From Hemiscyllium ocellatum (lineage: Eukaryota), in contig NC_083409.1 of assembly GCF_020745735.1 (NCBI RefSeq), positions 96,740,048 to 96,804,047 on the forward strand: 64,000 nt of DNA. The letters run 5' to 3'. Shown in pieces: positions 36,485 to 48,560 of this stretch. The position numbers were made by a program, and so were the translations under genes. The notes under the pieces are model-generated. The model made no database searches. It worked only from the letters and a program-made list of their open reading frames with translations, and was not told the origin of the DNA. Each line of letters starts with the position of its first letter. Positions within the stretch are counted from its first letter, which is position 1.

Positions 36485-37492
36485 AAGACCGCAATTTTCC
36501 CCCAGACGTGATCGACGATGCTCACCACCACATTTCCTCCGCCCTTGAGTCCCGCCCCTCCAATCATCACCAGGACAGAACCCCACTGGTCCTCACCTAC
36601 CACCCCACCAACCTCCATATACATCACATCCGTCGTCACTTCCGCCACCTCTAAACGGACCCCACCACCAGGGATATATTTCCCTCCCCTCCACTATCAG
36701 CGTTCCGAAAAGACCACTCCCTCCGTGACTCCCTTGTCAGGTCCACACCCCCCACCAAACCAACCTCCATTCCCGGCACCTTCCCCTGCAACCGCAAGAA
36801 ATGCAAAACTTGTGCTCACACCTCCCTCCTTACTTCCCTCCAAGGTCCCAAGGGATCCTTCCATATCTGCCTCAAATACACCTGCACCTCCACACACATC
36901 ATTTACTTCATCCGCTGCACCCGATGTGGCCTCCTCTATACTGGGGAGACAGGCCGCCTACTTGCAGAATGTTTCAGGGAACACCTCTGGGACACCTGGA
37001 CCAACCAACCCAACCACCCCATGGCTCAACACTTCAACTCCGCTGCCTCCCACTCCATCAAGGACATGCAGGTCCTTGGACTCCTCCATCGCCAGACCAT
37101 AGCAACACGACGGCTGGAGGAAGAGCACCTCATCTTCTGCCTAGGAACCCTCCAACCACAAGGGATGAACTCAGATTTCTCCAATTTCCTCATTTTCCCC
37201 CCACCCCCCCATCTTGTCTCAGTCCCAACCATCGAACTCAGCACAGCCTCCCTAACCTGCAATCTTCTTCCTGACCTCTCCGGCCTATCACCCTCATCTT
37301 AACCTCTTTCCACCTATCGCATTTCCAACTCCCCTTCCCCCCCCCCAAGTCCCTCCTCCCTACCTTTTTATCTTAACCTGCTCGGCACACTCTCTCCTCA
37401 TTCCTGAAGAAGGGCTCATGTCCGAAACGTCGATTCTCCTGCTCCTTGGATGCTGCCTGACCTGCTGCGCTTTTCCAGCAACACATTTTCAG
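36485..37492 (+). mobile_element. Family A (Neptune-like) Penelope element 3' end: Zn-knuckle linker, GIY-YIG endonuclease, pLTR with hammerhead
   Basis: One frame with a single internal stop: PLVLTYHP...FRKDHSLRDSLVRS...CNRKKCKTC...TCTSTHIIYFIRCTRCGLLYTGETGR...EHL...HFNS...EEEHLIFCLGTLQPQGMN. Confidence 0.92.
37404..37431 (+). ncRNA. Minimal type I hammerhead ribozyme, intact core (family A)
   Basis: CTGAAGA-A-GGGC-tcat-GTCC-GAAA-CG-TC; predicted cleavage after C37431; palindromic ACGT in place of helix III. Confidence 0.78.
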
Positions 37493-37877
37493 TCCAGCTA
37501 ACTGAGGTAGGTGACCCCAAATAATCTGTACATTCTGACAATAGATGACACCCTTTTCATGTCCGTTTTGTCAAGACCATTCAAGATCTTACACACTTCA
37601 GTCAAGTCAGCACTCTGTGTTCTCAGCTCTAAAAGAAACAAGCCCAATCTGTTCACACTTCACTCCTGCATTCTGAGTATGAATGCGGTAATCCTTGTCT
37701 CAACAATCTCCAATGAATTTACATTGTTCCTTAAAGAAAGGGAGCAAAACTGGTCCCCATACTCGAGATGTGACTTCATCAATTTCCTGTCTAAATTAAA
37801 ATTATTATCCTTACATTTTTGTTCAGTTACTCCATAATGAAGGATGACATTCCATTAGCCAGCTCAATCACTTGCTG

Positions 37878-38819
37878 TGTTGGGAAGTTGGATAGAGCAA
37901 TTGTAGATTGGGAGGCAGAAAGTTCGAATTTAGTGTTTGTAAAATGGGGAAAGCATTGCTTGGTCTCTTTAAAAGATGGTGTTCTTTTCTGTGCTTAGAG
38001 ATTAAAATGGATGTCTATGAGCAGCTTTGGGGGTTTGCAAGTGCACCGAGAACACAAACTGAAACATTTGTATCAAAAGGTACAGATAGCTGGCCAAATA
38101 ACAGTTTTTATCAAGACAAAAGGTTTTGAATTCAGCCAATCAATTTGAACCAAGCACTTAGATTCCAAAAATCTATTAAACTTAAATCTGGTTTTGACAA
38201 CATAGGACCAATCCTATGTAAGGAATATGGTTACATTGTCACGAGTATAAAAGAAGGGGGCAGTTGGACAAATAGCCCAGAGCTAATAGCGCTCCGTTCT
38301 CTCGAGAGAAGTTGACTCTCTCATTCATCTAGGTAAAATGTTACCTAAATAATAACGGTACCAACCTTGAAGAATCAGAGGAAAAGGTGTTTCTGACAGA
38401 AGAATCTGAGGAAGCGTTCCTCATAGAAGGACTCGATGGAGGAAGGCACAGAACATTCCAGAAGATATGTAACCTGGCTGGAATTTTGAGACACTAAATT
38501 CTTATTTTTGTTATAAGTGGGATTTTTATTCATTGAAACAACATACCATTAGAATCTTGTTTTATTTGGGAATAGTTAGTAATTAGAAAGGATTTATTTG
38601 GTTTGTTAATAGCTTAATTAATTTGTTCACTTAGCTAAATTGTAACTTGTTAATTTTAAGGTGAATGTCAGCAATTTATTTTATTTAACTACTAGAAGTT
38701 GCTGAAAAGCAGGTTACACAACTTTTCACATTCTCTTTACACATTGTAGGGCGAGGTGCTCCTCTTTTAAGTGTTTCAGTTTTAGGTCTCAGAGGGGAGT
38801 CAACCTCCACTTTATAACA
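37878..38819 (+). mobile_element. Probable solo LTR inserted in an antisense CR1
   Basis: TGTT...AACA termini; TATAAAA ~38245; CR1 sequence resumes on both sides. Confidence 0.6.
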
Positions 38820-39386
38820 CCAGCATACAAACATTTTGTAAATTATGCATTAAACATCTCGATCCCTCTGTATGTCAGAATTCTGCGGTTATTAATTAAT
38901 ATTCTGCTTTTATTTTCTTTCTGCCAAAGTAAATAACTTCAGATTTTCCCACGTTATACTGCACCTATATTAGTCTGCATCCTTGTACTGCTTTCTTCAC
39001 AAAATACTTAGCTATCTGTCTTGCCATCTGCACATTTGCTATCATGCCAATTACTTGGATGAGGCTATGAGAATGTACATCAATCTGAAGAAGACCCATT
39101 TATATGTATGCTGTGCTTTCTGCCAGCCAATCCATCTTCCATCCATGCTAATTTATTATCTCCTGCACCAAAGAATCCTACTTTGCAGCTTTTCATATGC
39201 TTTCTGGAAATTAAACACTGTACACCAATGAGCTCCCCTTTATCCACAGTCCATGTAATTCCTTGAAAACATTTGTAAAAATAATTAAACATAATTTTCC
39301 ATTTATCAAAGCTAGATTGACTTTTCCCAATTGTTTTTGAGATTTTCTTTGAGTCCAATTTATAACCGTCTGATTCTAATACCTTC

Positions 39387-39510
39387 CTGATGAAGGGCTT
39401 ATACTCGAAGCGATTCTCCTGCTCCTCGGATGCTGCCTGACCTGCTGTGCTCTTTCAGCACCACGCTCTCGACTCTGATCTCCATCATCTGCAGGCCTCA
39501 CTTTCTCCTG
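39387..39510 (+). mobile_element. Family A solo pLTR tail starting at the hammerhead core
   Basis: CTGATGAAGGGCTTATACTCGAAG followed by the tail; direct repeat ATACCTTCC at 39379-39387 and 39511-39519. Confidence 0.8.
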
Positions 39511-39646
39511 ATACCTTCCCCACAACAAATCAGTCCTAGCAACTTACTAAGTTTAAAGAGCACTTGGGGATGGAGAACAAATTCAAGTCTTGCTAGTGAT
39601 ACCCTCCCTTCAGGAGAAAATAAGTGAACAAGAAGCCGGTGCAACA

Positions 39647-40197
39647 TGTCATCCCATTCATGCCTCAGTCAAAGCAAAATGCTCAGACGCGGTATGGTTT
39701 TACCTCCTCCAACTTTATTCCTGTCTAGAGGGAGACTGAATGAATGCCGATGTGCACAGAAACATGAGTTCTCAGTCTTCTCTTGAACAGCAAATTCTTA
39801 ATGAAATTCATAGTCACCTTGCAGGGAGGAGCATCCAGATAAGGCAACAATGCGCATTGTTTGGATGACCGATACAATCAGCGAGTGTCAGTAGTAAAGA
39901 TTAAGCCTTCTGCTGTTACACAATAAATGTTTAACCTTGTTAACTGGCACTACATAATGAATACTTTTGACTTTGTTTACTGACTTTACATACTGAATGT
40001 TTCTTCATCTTGTTAACTGGCTTTACATAATGTTTTTCCACCTTGTTAACCCATTACCCTTGCCTCCAGCACCTCGTTGTTCACTGCAAATTCTTATCTG
40101 AACTGAGTCATGCTAGTTGAACCTTTTTTTTTGTTTCACAAAACTCAAAACTTAACTCTTTCCCTACCTGCTCAGACCCTATACACACTCTCAAATA
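39647..40197 (-). mobile_element. Solo LTR, copy 2 (same family as 18784-19255)
   Basis: Reverse complement aligns end to end with copy 1; internal ~37-bp tandem repeat at 39935-40057. Confidence 0.75.
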
Positions 40198-40377
40198 GTC
40201 AAAATGGTCATCATCATTTCCTATTTCTAGATTATTTTTTAATTTCTATTAGTCTGATATCTATTGAACTCCAAACCTGTGTTTGGATACCTGTGATACT
40301 GAATTAGGTTGTATGTTTTTAAAAGGAAATCTGTTTTAGGATGTTGAAGCATGCATAATTTGTTTTGAGGTTAATAA

Positions 40378-40563
<186 letters not shown>

Positions 40564-43500
40564 TAGCATCTGTTGTTTGGTTTAAATGTATTAACTGTAT
40601 CATGTTGTCACATCTAAAAGGTAAATTAATATTTTGTCCCTTTTTTAATGCTTTAATCATTGTGTATTAATTCAAATGCTAAATGAAAAATGTCTCCTAG
40701 TAATAGAAAAAAGTTTGCATAGAAAAAAGTGTCTAAGTAACATCTTCATTGTGAAACATAAAGATAGTGACATTTTTGTGTGAATTATGCAGTAGTTCTT
40801 TCTCTGCCTGTCATTAAATTTAAACAAGGTACACATGGATTTATGAAATAACTTTGTTTCTAAAATATGTTTCCAGTCTTGTAGAGTTAACAGCTACATC
40901 GTCCCTTACTGCTTTTCAGTTGTATGTTCATCAGTACATATAGATGTTTCAGGTCCATATAAACACACGGGCCCTACAAAAACCCATATTATAATATGGA
41001 CAGAACGCATTACTTGGAACAGCAAAAATTGTATGAAAATTACGTAGAGGTTTTGTTTAAGTAGGTGCTTTATCTGGAATTAGTTGAAGTGCTGAAATTA
41101 CTTCTATTACCATTGTTGCATCATGTTATTCACTGAATCTGAAGACTTCCTTTCTTGTCTTCCCCATGTTTCTGCATATAAACAATCAAGCCAACAAAGC
41201 CATTGTTGTAGCCTGAACAACAAAAAACTTTCAAATAGAATGCTGCATCAATTTCTTCAAATAAATTATGGTTTTTGAACTTTTGTGTATATTTATTGTT
41301 ATTAAAAGCCTCTGCAGCAATTTATATGTATACCTGTGCTGTGTGGTCAATCTGCTGAGTAGCAGACTTGACAACAGTGTGTGCTAAGTTACCAAGTTTC
41401 TGTTTCATTTGAGAAAAGGCTGTATCAAAGTTTTCTCTGGCGAAAGTATAACTTCAGTGAAGTGTAGACATCTGTTGGTGAGTGTTGTTTAACAATACCA
41501 GTTCAAAGAAGAGTAAGACAGACCACACCCCTCTCTCCCTGTGGAGAAAGTATGTGAGCACACACATTCCTCAGCATTTTTGAGAGTGCTCTTGAGTTCT
41601 CATTTCTATCTTCAGTGTCTTAGTCTGTTAGCGTTATAACATAATTTTATTTATAATTTTGTTTATTAAGGCTTCTCCATGTTTAGATTTTTTTTTCCTA
41701 TTTTCATTGGTTCTACATCAAATTTGGATGTATTATCCAGTTGTTCAGGTAAGTTTGTTACATTTTCTTTATCCCATTGCTTGCATGTTATTTCTTGAAA
41801 TTATTTTTTTTTAAAATGATTATGAGAGAACCTATTAATCAATGAGAAAACTTGCAATAATGTCCCAAGTTTCTTCCATTTTTCATTTAGCTATGCATTT
41901 TGATTCTGCACACGTGAACACAATAAATATTCTTTTATGTATGCTAGTTAGGTTATTAAAATATGAAATAATATCCTTGACTTTATTTTAAACAAGGAGT
42001 CTTGTATATTTATGTATATATTCTGTCTCTACCTCAAGGTTAATCAGCATGGTATTGCCACCACCTGGGAACCATCTGGAGTGATAAGGAAGTGCTATCT
42101 GCTTGATATTTGTCTTTGGGGTATGGATCAGCATGCATTTGCTGTGCACAATGGCATTTTTATTTAGAATTTGCCAGCACATGTCTGTAGATATCTCTCT
42201 GTGCAACAGGCCCTGCGTCAACCAGGTTTTATAAAGGAAGCACTGACGCTGAATGTAGCTTGCAGCAAGGACGAAGAGCCACAAATAGCACGGTTGGTGG
42301 TTTACCCACCAAAACATGCCCTGCAGTTGTTCATGTCTGTTTTGATGCAAAGCTACATGAGTACTTATGAAAGGAATCATCAGCCACAGCTGCTCAAATC
42401 TATTGAAAGTGGAAGACCTAAGGATGGTAGCACTGGATTGGTTACATGACCATCCAGGAAATGGAAACCATATTTTTGAAAGAAAAAGAAATTCCCCTGC
42501 ACTAAATTCCAGATCTTTAGCAAGACATCCCGTTTGCATGCTAACCATAATGTGTTAATTTACCTGACCCAAAATACCATTCATTATGCCCAAAGGGAAC
42601 TATATTTATGCATTTATTTTTATGTATGTATGCCACATATTACATAGGAGGCAGTGCAATCTGAGGTGGTCTATGGAAAGTGAGAGTAAGAAGTTCCCAT
42701 GCAGTCATGTAATGGGGCGAATTGTAGGAACATTGTGACAGATATGAAATAATGTTGCATTTAAATTCGAGTGATACTATGCTCAACTGACCGATATGTT
42801 GGTCAGCTACTCAAATGTTGCTGTTTAAGGTATATGTCTTTAGATCTCTGGCATGTGATACAAGGAAAGATGAACAAGTCTCTTTATGAACGCTATTGAT
42901 AGCATCCGAGCAAGAGTTATGTGCCTCTGTGTGCTGGTATTAAGTCTAAACAAAAAGCCACTGGCCTTATCACGAGATCCCCAGTCTCTTGTCCAGTTGT
43001 TTCCTAAAGGGAGCAGATTTGCCCTGAGGAGGGGTGAGGAAAAATTGAAGCTTTGGCTATAGATTGTTTCACCAACTAAATAGTGTACTTGCATGAGGCA
43101 GGAGAACAGTGGTTGCTGTTGAGTCCTTCCCTCCAAATGTGTCTTCAGTGGCCCTTCTGTTACTGAATAGAAGCAACTCAGCTTTCAAGAATTATTGGCC
43201 TGTCTCTGCTGGCAGTCCCTGAGGTTGTTTTTTCAGTGAAACCGTGCAGGAAAATTTCTAGTCACCACCTGCTCCACTGTCATTTTAGCTTGTAAGAAGT
43301 ATGCAGCAGATGACCATTGCTACCTTAGTCACCAAAAGTTAATCTCAAATGCACTCTAGTAATGAGCATTCAAGACGCTCTTGCCTGGAGAATGTCAAAT
43401 ATTCACAATGTTCTTGTGAAGAAATTTCTCCACCTGTCAGTCCTAAATGCCCCCTTATCCTAAAATGATGATCCCGATCTCTGGACTTGTTAGCTAGGAG

Positions 43501-46365
43501 AAATGACCTCCAAAGCAGTGTTAGTGTGTATTTTACTGGATCATGTAAACAAAACCTTGGAATGTGAATGTTCTTCATGCCAAATCCCTGCCCAGATCTT
43601 GTTTTAACCTATATCAGTGAATGAGGAAACATTAAGAAGATGGATATACAAGTTCAGACATGAGCTTGAATAGTGGAGCAGGCTCCATGAGCAACTGAAC
43701 AACTCCAGGTGTGTGCTGACGAAAAGCATCGAGAGAAAATAAAGAGGAACCGAGGACATCACACACCAGAACTTAACAACTAAGTGCTCTGTCAAAACAG
43801 TTATGCTGCTTGCTGCTAAGAAAATTAGGGAGGCCCACATTAATGTCATGCGCAATTCAAACCAGTCAATTTGTAGTGTTTGTACAACTTTGACACCGAT
43901 TTATGAATAAGTTGTCAAAGATACTGTCCGAGTGGAATATTTGTATTACGCATACTAAGCTAGATGCTGAAATGTTCTAATTATTTGATTGTATAGAAAT
44001 GGATTGATCATAAAGGAGGTAATAAAGGGAAAACTAATGTTTCTACCAACTTGAAGTCTGTTGATTCCATCTATTTGAAATGACCAAAAATAATTTGAAT
44101 TCACTGCAGACCATAAAAGTGCTGGAACTCCATAATTTCTTGTCACCAAAAAGTTTCAGATCTTTTTTCCTTCAGTTTTTACTTCTGTAAGTGATTCACA
44201 GCATCAAACAAGCATGCAGAGCTCTGGAAATCTTCTCTGCCCCTCCACTAGAACTGCAAGATAAAATCTAATGCTTGTACAGGATGTAAAAGTACACATT
44301 ATAGCTTTACATCAAGAATGTCTTGTACTTTTGAAACCCCATCGGCAACTACTTCTGTGGCAGTAGATACTGTGTTGCCTTCCTGGTGTCAGTCATGGGT
44401 GTGTAGAATTTTGTTGCACTGAAGGAAGTCAATTAGCCCTTCATGCCTGTACTGGCTCCCAAGGAGCTATCCAGCTTGTCCCATTCTTCAGCCCTATCTC
44501 CATAGCCCCCGTCAATTCATCACTTTCAAATGCTTCCCTAGTTCTCCTCTGAAATCTCCCAAGGAGTCCCCCTCCACTCTCCCAGGTAGCACATTCCAAA
44601 TCCTAACAACTGAGTAAAGAAATTTCTCCTCCACTTACTCCTAGCTCTCTCGTTGGCAAGCTTGAAATTGTGGTTCTTAGTTACTGACTTGCAAACTAGT
44701 GGAAACAAAATATCCTCTTTCACCCTGTCAGAATTGTTCATAACTCTTAAGATTACCTCTTATTCGTCTTAGAACACAGAAGATTAAGCTGAATTTCTCA
44801 CCTCTTTCCTTGTATTGAAAATCTGTAATTCCTGGTGTCATTCTAGTAAATCTCCTGTGAACCATCTCCAGGGATTCAACATTCTTCTTTTAAATAGGTG
44901 CTCAGAACTGAAAGCAATACTCTAAATGTTTTTTGACCAATGATTTGTGCAGGTGAGGCATCACTGCCTTGCTTTTATACTCTATCTCTATTCATAAACC
45001 CAAGGATCCTGTAAGCTGCCTTAACAACTGTTGCACCTTGCACGGTCACCTTGAGAGAATTATGCATGTGAACCCTAAGTGTCACTCTGCTCCTGTACTC
45101 CCCTTGAAGTTGTACCATTTGAGCCTGTATTGGTTTGTTTTTCAACCAAAATGCATCACCTCATATTTGTCTGCAATGAAGTTCATCTGTCAGATATCTG
45201 CCTATTTGACCAACTTGTCAATGTCCCTCTAGTTGCTTAGCATCATCCTCACAATTTGCTATTCCCCCTAGCTTTGTATCCTCTATACATTTAAGGGATT
45301 TTGCTCCCAACCTCCATCTCCAAATCATTTTATATAAATCAAAAATAAAGCAAGGGTGTCAACACCTATCCATTGGTACATCATTATCGATTCATTTCCA
45401 GTCTGAGAAATGCCCATCTATACCTTCCCTCATGTTGCCACCTTCGAATTCATGCTGCCAAGGACCCATTAATCCCAAACATTTCCAACTTGCAAATGAA
45501 CCTACCAGGCACTGTATCAAATGCTTTCTTAAAGTCCAAACCACAACAGTGCCATCATCCACTGCATGTGTCACCTCATCAAAGAACTCCATTAAAGTTG
45601 TCAAACATGACCTATCCTTGATAAAGCCATGTTGGCAGTCTAGTATTACTTTTATTGAAGTGTATGTTTATCTTATCCTATAGTATGGCCTCCATCGGTT
45701 TATGCACTGTTGGTGTCAAACTAATAGGTCTACAGTTTGTGAGCTATCCTTTTTCCTCTCTCTTAATCAATAGCATCAAATTTGCAATCCTCCAGTCCCC
45801 AGGGACTAATTCGGTGTTCAAAGAGACCTGGAGAATTTGTCAATGACTCCATAATTCACCTCCTTATCTCCGATAGGATCCTTTCCATCCAGGCCTGGTA
45901 ACTTCTACAACTAGAGTCTTGCCAGCCTTTTTAGCACCTCTTTATCTTTCATTATACTGTTCAGTTGCTCAATACCCATATTTTCTCATTTGGTTAAGAC
46001 AGGCAAAATATTCACTTCGTACCTCTGTCATGCCTTTGTTACAGTGAGCAGTTTACCCTGCTTGTTTCTTTGGGACCCACTCTATCCTTAGCTAATTTTT
46101 TACTATTAATTTGTTTGAAGAACATTGTAGAATTTGTTTTAGTGCAACCTTGCCATCCTTTCCTTGTGCTTCCTCTTAGTCTTCCTTTTTCCAGCCTTGG
46201 CGCCTCTCTTGCATTTGAGATACTCTTTCTGATTTATACTGCTAACATTATTATTTCAGTATGCATCATCTGTCTCCTTTTACTCATTTTCTCATCAATA
46301 TCATTTGTCATTCAGGATATTCTAGCTAAGGGTGCCCTGTATTTATTTTATGGGTATGTACTTAT

Positions 46366-46600
46366 TGTTGTGGTTCTGTTCACCGAGCTGGCAGTTTTTG
46401 TTGCAAACATTTCGTCCCCTTTCTAGGTGACATCCTCAGTGCTTGGGAGCCTCCTGTGAAGCGCTTCTGTCATGTTCACAGGAGGCTCCCAAGCACTGAG
46501 GATGTCACCTAGAAAGGGGGAAAACATTTGCAACAAAAACTCCCAGCTTGGCGAACAGAACCACAGTAATGACACCCGAGCTACAAATCTTCTCCCAAAC
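46366..46600. mobile_element. Family C (Poseidon-like) fold-back cassette with hammerheads on both strands
   Basis: Arms 46369-46460 and 46475-46565, 14-nt loop, tail acccgagctacaaatcttct; ~16-bp TSD TATGG(G)TAT(G/A)TACTTAT at 46349-46365 and 46601-46616. Confidence 0.9.
46406..46439 (-). ncRNA. Minimal hammerhead ribozyme (family C)
   Basis: Minus strand reads gca-CTGAGGA-T-GTCaCCT-agaa-AGGgGAC-GAAA-TG-TT-tgc, with a 3-bp helix I. Confidence 0.72.
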
Positions 46601-47877
46601 TATGGTATATACTTATCTTGGACCCTATTCATCTCTCACCTTTTGAAAGTCTCTCATTTTTCATCTACTTCATCCATCAAAATGCGTTTTGAATCAACTT
46701 ACTCCAGTTCAACTTTGACCCCTGTTTTCCAGTGGGGCTCTTAATCCTTGACTGATTTGATTCGTTTCCAACTTAATATTGAATTTTATTATTATTGCTA
46801 TTTCTGAAATGCTGATGTTCTCTGCTTGACCTGCCTGATTTTCTAGGGCAAGATCCAGTACAGCTTCTTCCCTGGTAGGGCAGAAATGCACTATTCCGTA
46901 AAGTTCTCCTGCCCACATTGCAGGAATTTCTTCTTTCCATGTCCCACTTTACCTTATTCCTAGTCTACCCTAGGGTAATTGAAATCACCAATTATCACAA
47001 CCTGACCTGTCCTGCAGGTTTCCATAATCTGCCTACAAATACTGTCGTCTTGTTCCCATTATTTGGAGGTCCGTAATAAATATCCAATAAAGTCACCACT
47101 CCCTTCCTGTACCTCTGACCATATAGTTTCTAATCCAGGAATTCTATCTTGATACCATGCTTTTTTCACTCCCCCTGTTTCTACTAAAAACCAGTATCCA
47201 GTCCTTTTCTGGCATGAGCCTGTTTCTGTCAATGCTATTTTGTCATATACGCATTGAGCAATTTCTGCTTCCAGTTCCCCAAGTTTGTTCTCCATGCATT
47301 TCAATACATAAGTTTAACCCTGCCCTTATCTATTTATTGCTCATTGGGAGTTGACCATTTCTTTGGTTCATTCTCAACACTTAAACCTTTCCTCATCCTT
47401 CTGTCCGCTCACCATCCCTCTTTTGCTCTCACTAGTACTTTGAAAACTAAGCCCAGTTATCAATGCACCCTCTACCTTACAAGTTCGTATCTATCCTCAC
47501 TATGCTGTTTACACACTCAACCAAGAGAATAGTTCTATTTAGGCTCCGATGAAGCCAGTCTCTTCCGAACAGCTTTCTCGTTTCTCGAAAGTGATTGCCA
47601 TGTCCCAAAAATCTGAAACCCTCCCCATATCATAAATCCGCTGTGTCCATGAAATCACGAATTGCAAATTCCTAGTTGCACCAAAAACTAACAAACGTCA
47701 GTATTCATAGGCAAAAATTAAGTTTCAATTATATTTTTAATCGTTTTAACTTATTTTTAATGCGCTCCATTCTTTGAATTTCATCCTACATGGGAGTTCT
47801 TAGGAATGGAAGGTTTATAGAAATGAAGAAATGAGTGTACATCATCCCTCAAGCCACACATTTCCCTTTGCCTGAAT

Positions 47878-48560
47878 GATGTGGAGATTCTGGTGTTGGA
47901 CTGGGGTGGACAAGGTCAAAACTCGCACGATATCAGGTTATAGTCCAGCAGGTTTATTTGTTTGAGACTAGTCTACTAGATTGAGGATGCTATCCTTGCT
48001 GATGGAGTTGGAGCTGTCAGGTGTTTGTGTCCTTGGCTCTTCTAGCAGTGAGGCCAGTGTTTCTTCTGCTAGGGTGATGCAAATAAGACCATCACATCGA
48101 AGGAAACTATGACCTTGTCTTCCTCTACCCTTGGTGTCTTTGATCAGGAATTCCTGGGTGGAGTGGATAAAGTTGCTTGAGTCTTCTACTAGGTATTTCA
48201 GTTTACGTTGCAGTTCCCTTGCTGTATGTCAGTGTACCGGGCAGTGAGACTGTGGGGTCTGAGAGGGGGGCCCGTTGTTTATGTAGCTTTGGTAATCCAT
48301 AGATGTTGGAACCTTCAGGTTTTGTTATTTGAGGGTCTGGCTTGTTAATTTCACCTGTCTTTTGAAGGTTCCTCAAGGGTTGCTGTAATACGGTTTTCTT
48401 GCTGTGGAGTCTGGTCCATCGCCACCTGTTGGTAGGTGTTAGTATCTATGAGTAGTGTGCTTTTTCAGTGTACTGTGTTCTGTTCAGGATGACGGTCATG
48501 TGCCCTTTGTCTGTTTGAGCGCATTGCACACGTAGAAGATTTGTAGCTCAGGTTGTGGGT
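47878..48560 (-). mobile_element. PLE composite: family B tail, Poseidon-like RT fragment, family C tail
   Basis: Minus-strand HSTQEFL, IVSFDV and PLRP remnants; ends in agaagatttgtagctcagg (reverse of the family C tail). Confidence 0.7.

Larger units (their letters stand above)
36285..37520 (-). mobile_element. tRNA-derived SINE split between its A and B boxes by the 36485 PLE
   Basis: B-box gggttcaattccc (reverse of 36447-36459) and A-box-like cctcagttagctgga (reverse of ~37493-37507). Confidence 0.6.
44400..47520 (-). mobile_element. Degenerate CR1 LINE ORF2 (endonuclease plus RT)
   Basis: Minus-strand YDKIALTET, PTREEAVLDL, LMEFFDEVT, RRNFFTQ. Confidence 0.85.

Noticed and set aside
36518-37102. 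194-aa Pro/Thr-rich ORF
   Set aside because: Off-frame reading of the Penelope endonuclease region.
39935-40057. Short repeat array resembling CRISPR or an independent minisatellite
   Set aside because: Eukaryotic DNA, no unique spacers; it is an internal repeat of the LTR also present at ~18915-18990.
46369-46565. Palindromes read as miRNA precursors or classical DNA MITEs
   Set aside because: Asymmetric tails, long variable TSDs, hammerhead cores and identity to PLE pLTRs point to a retroelement origin. The true TA-flanked MITEs are listed separately.
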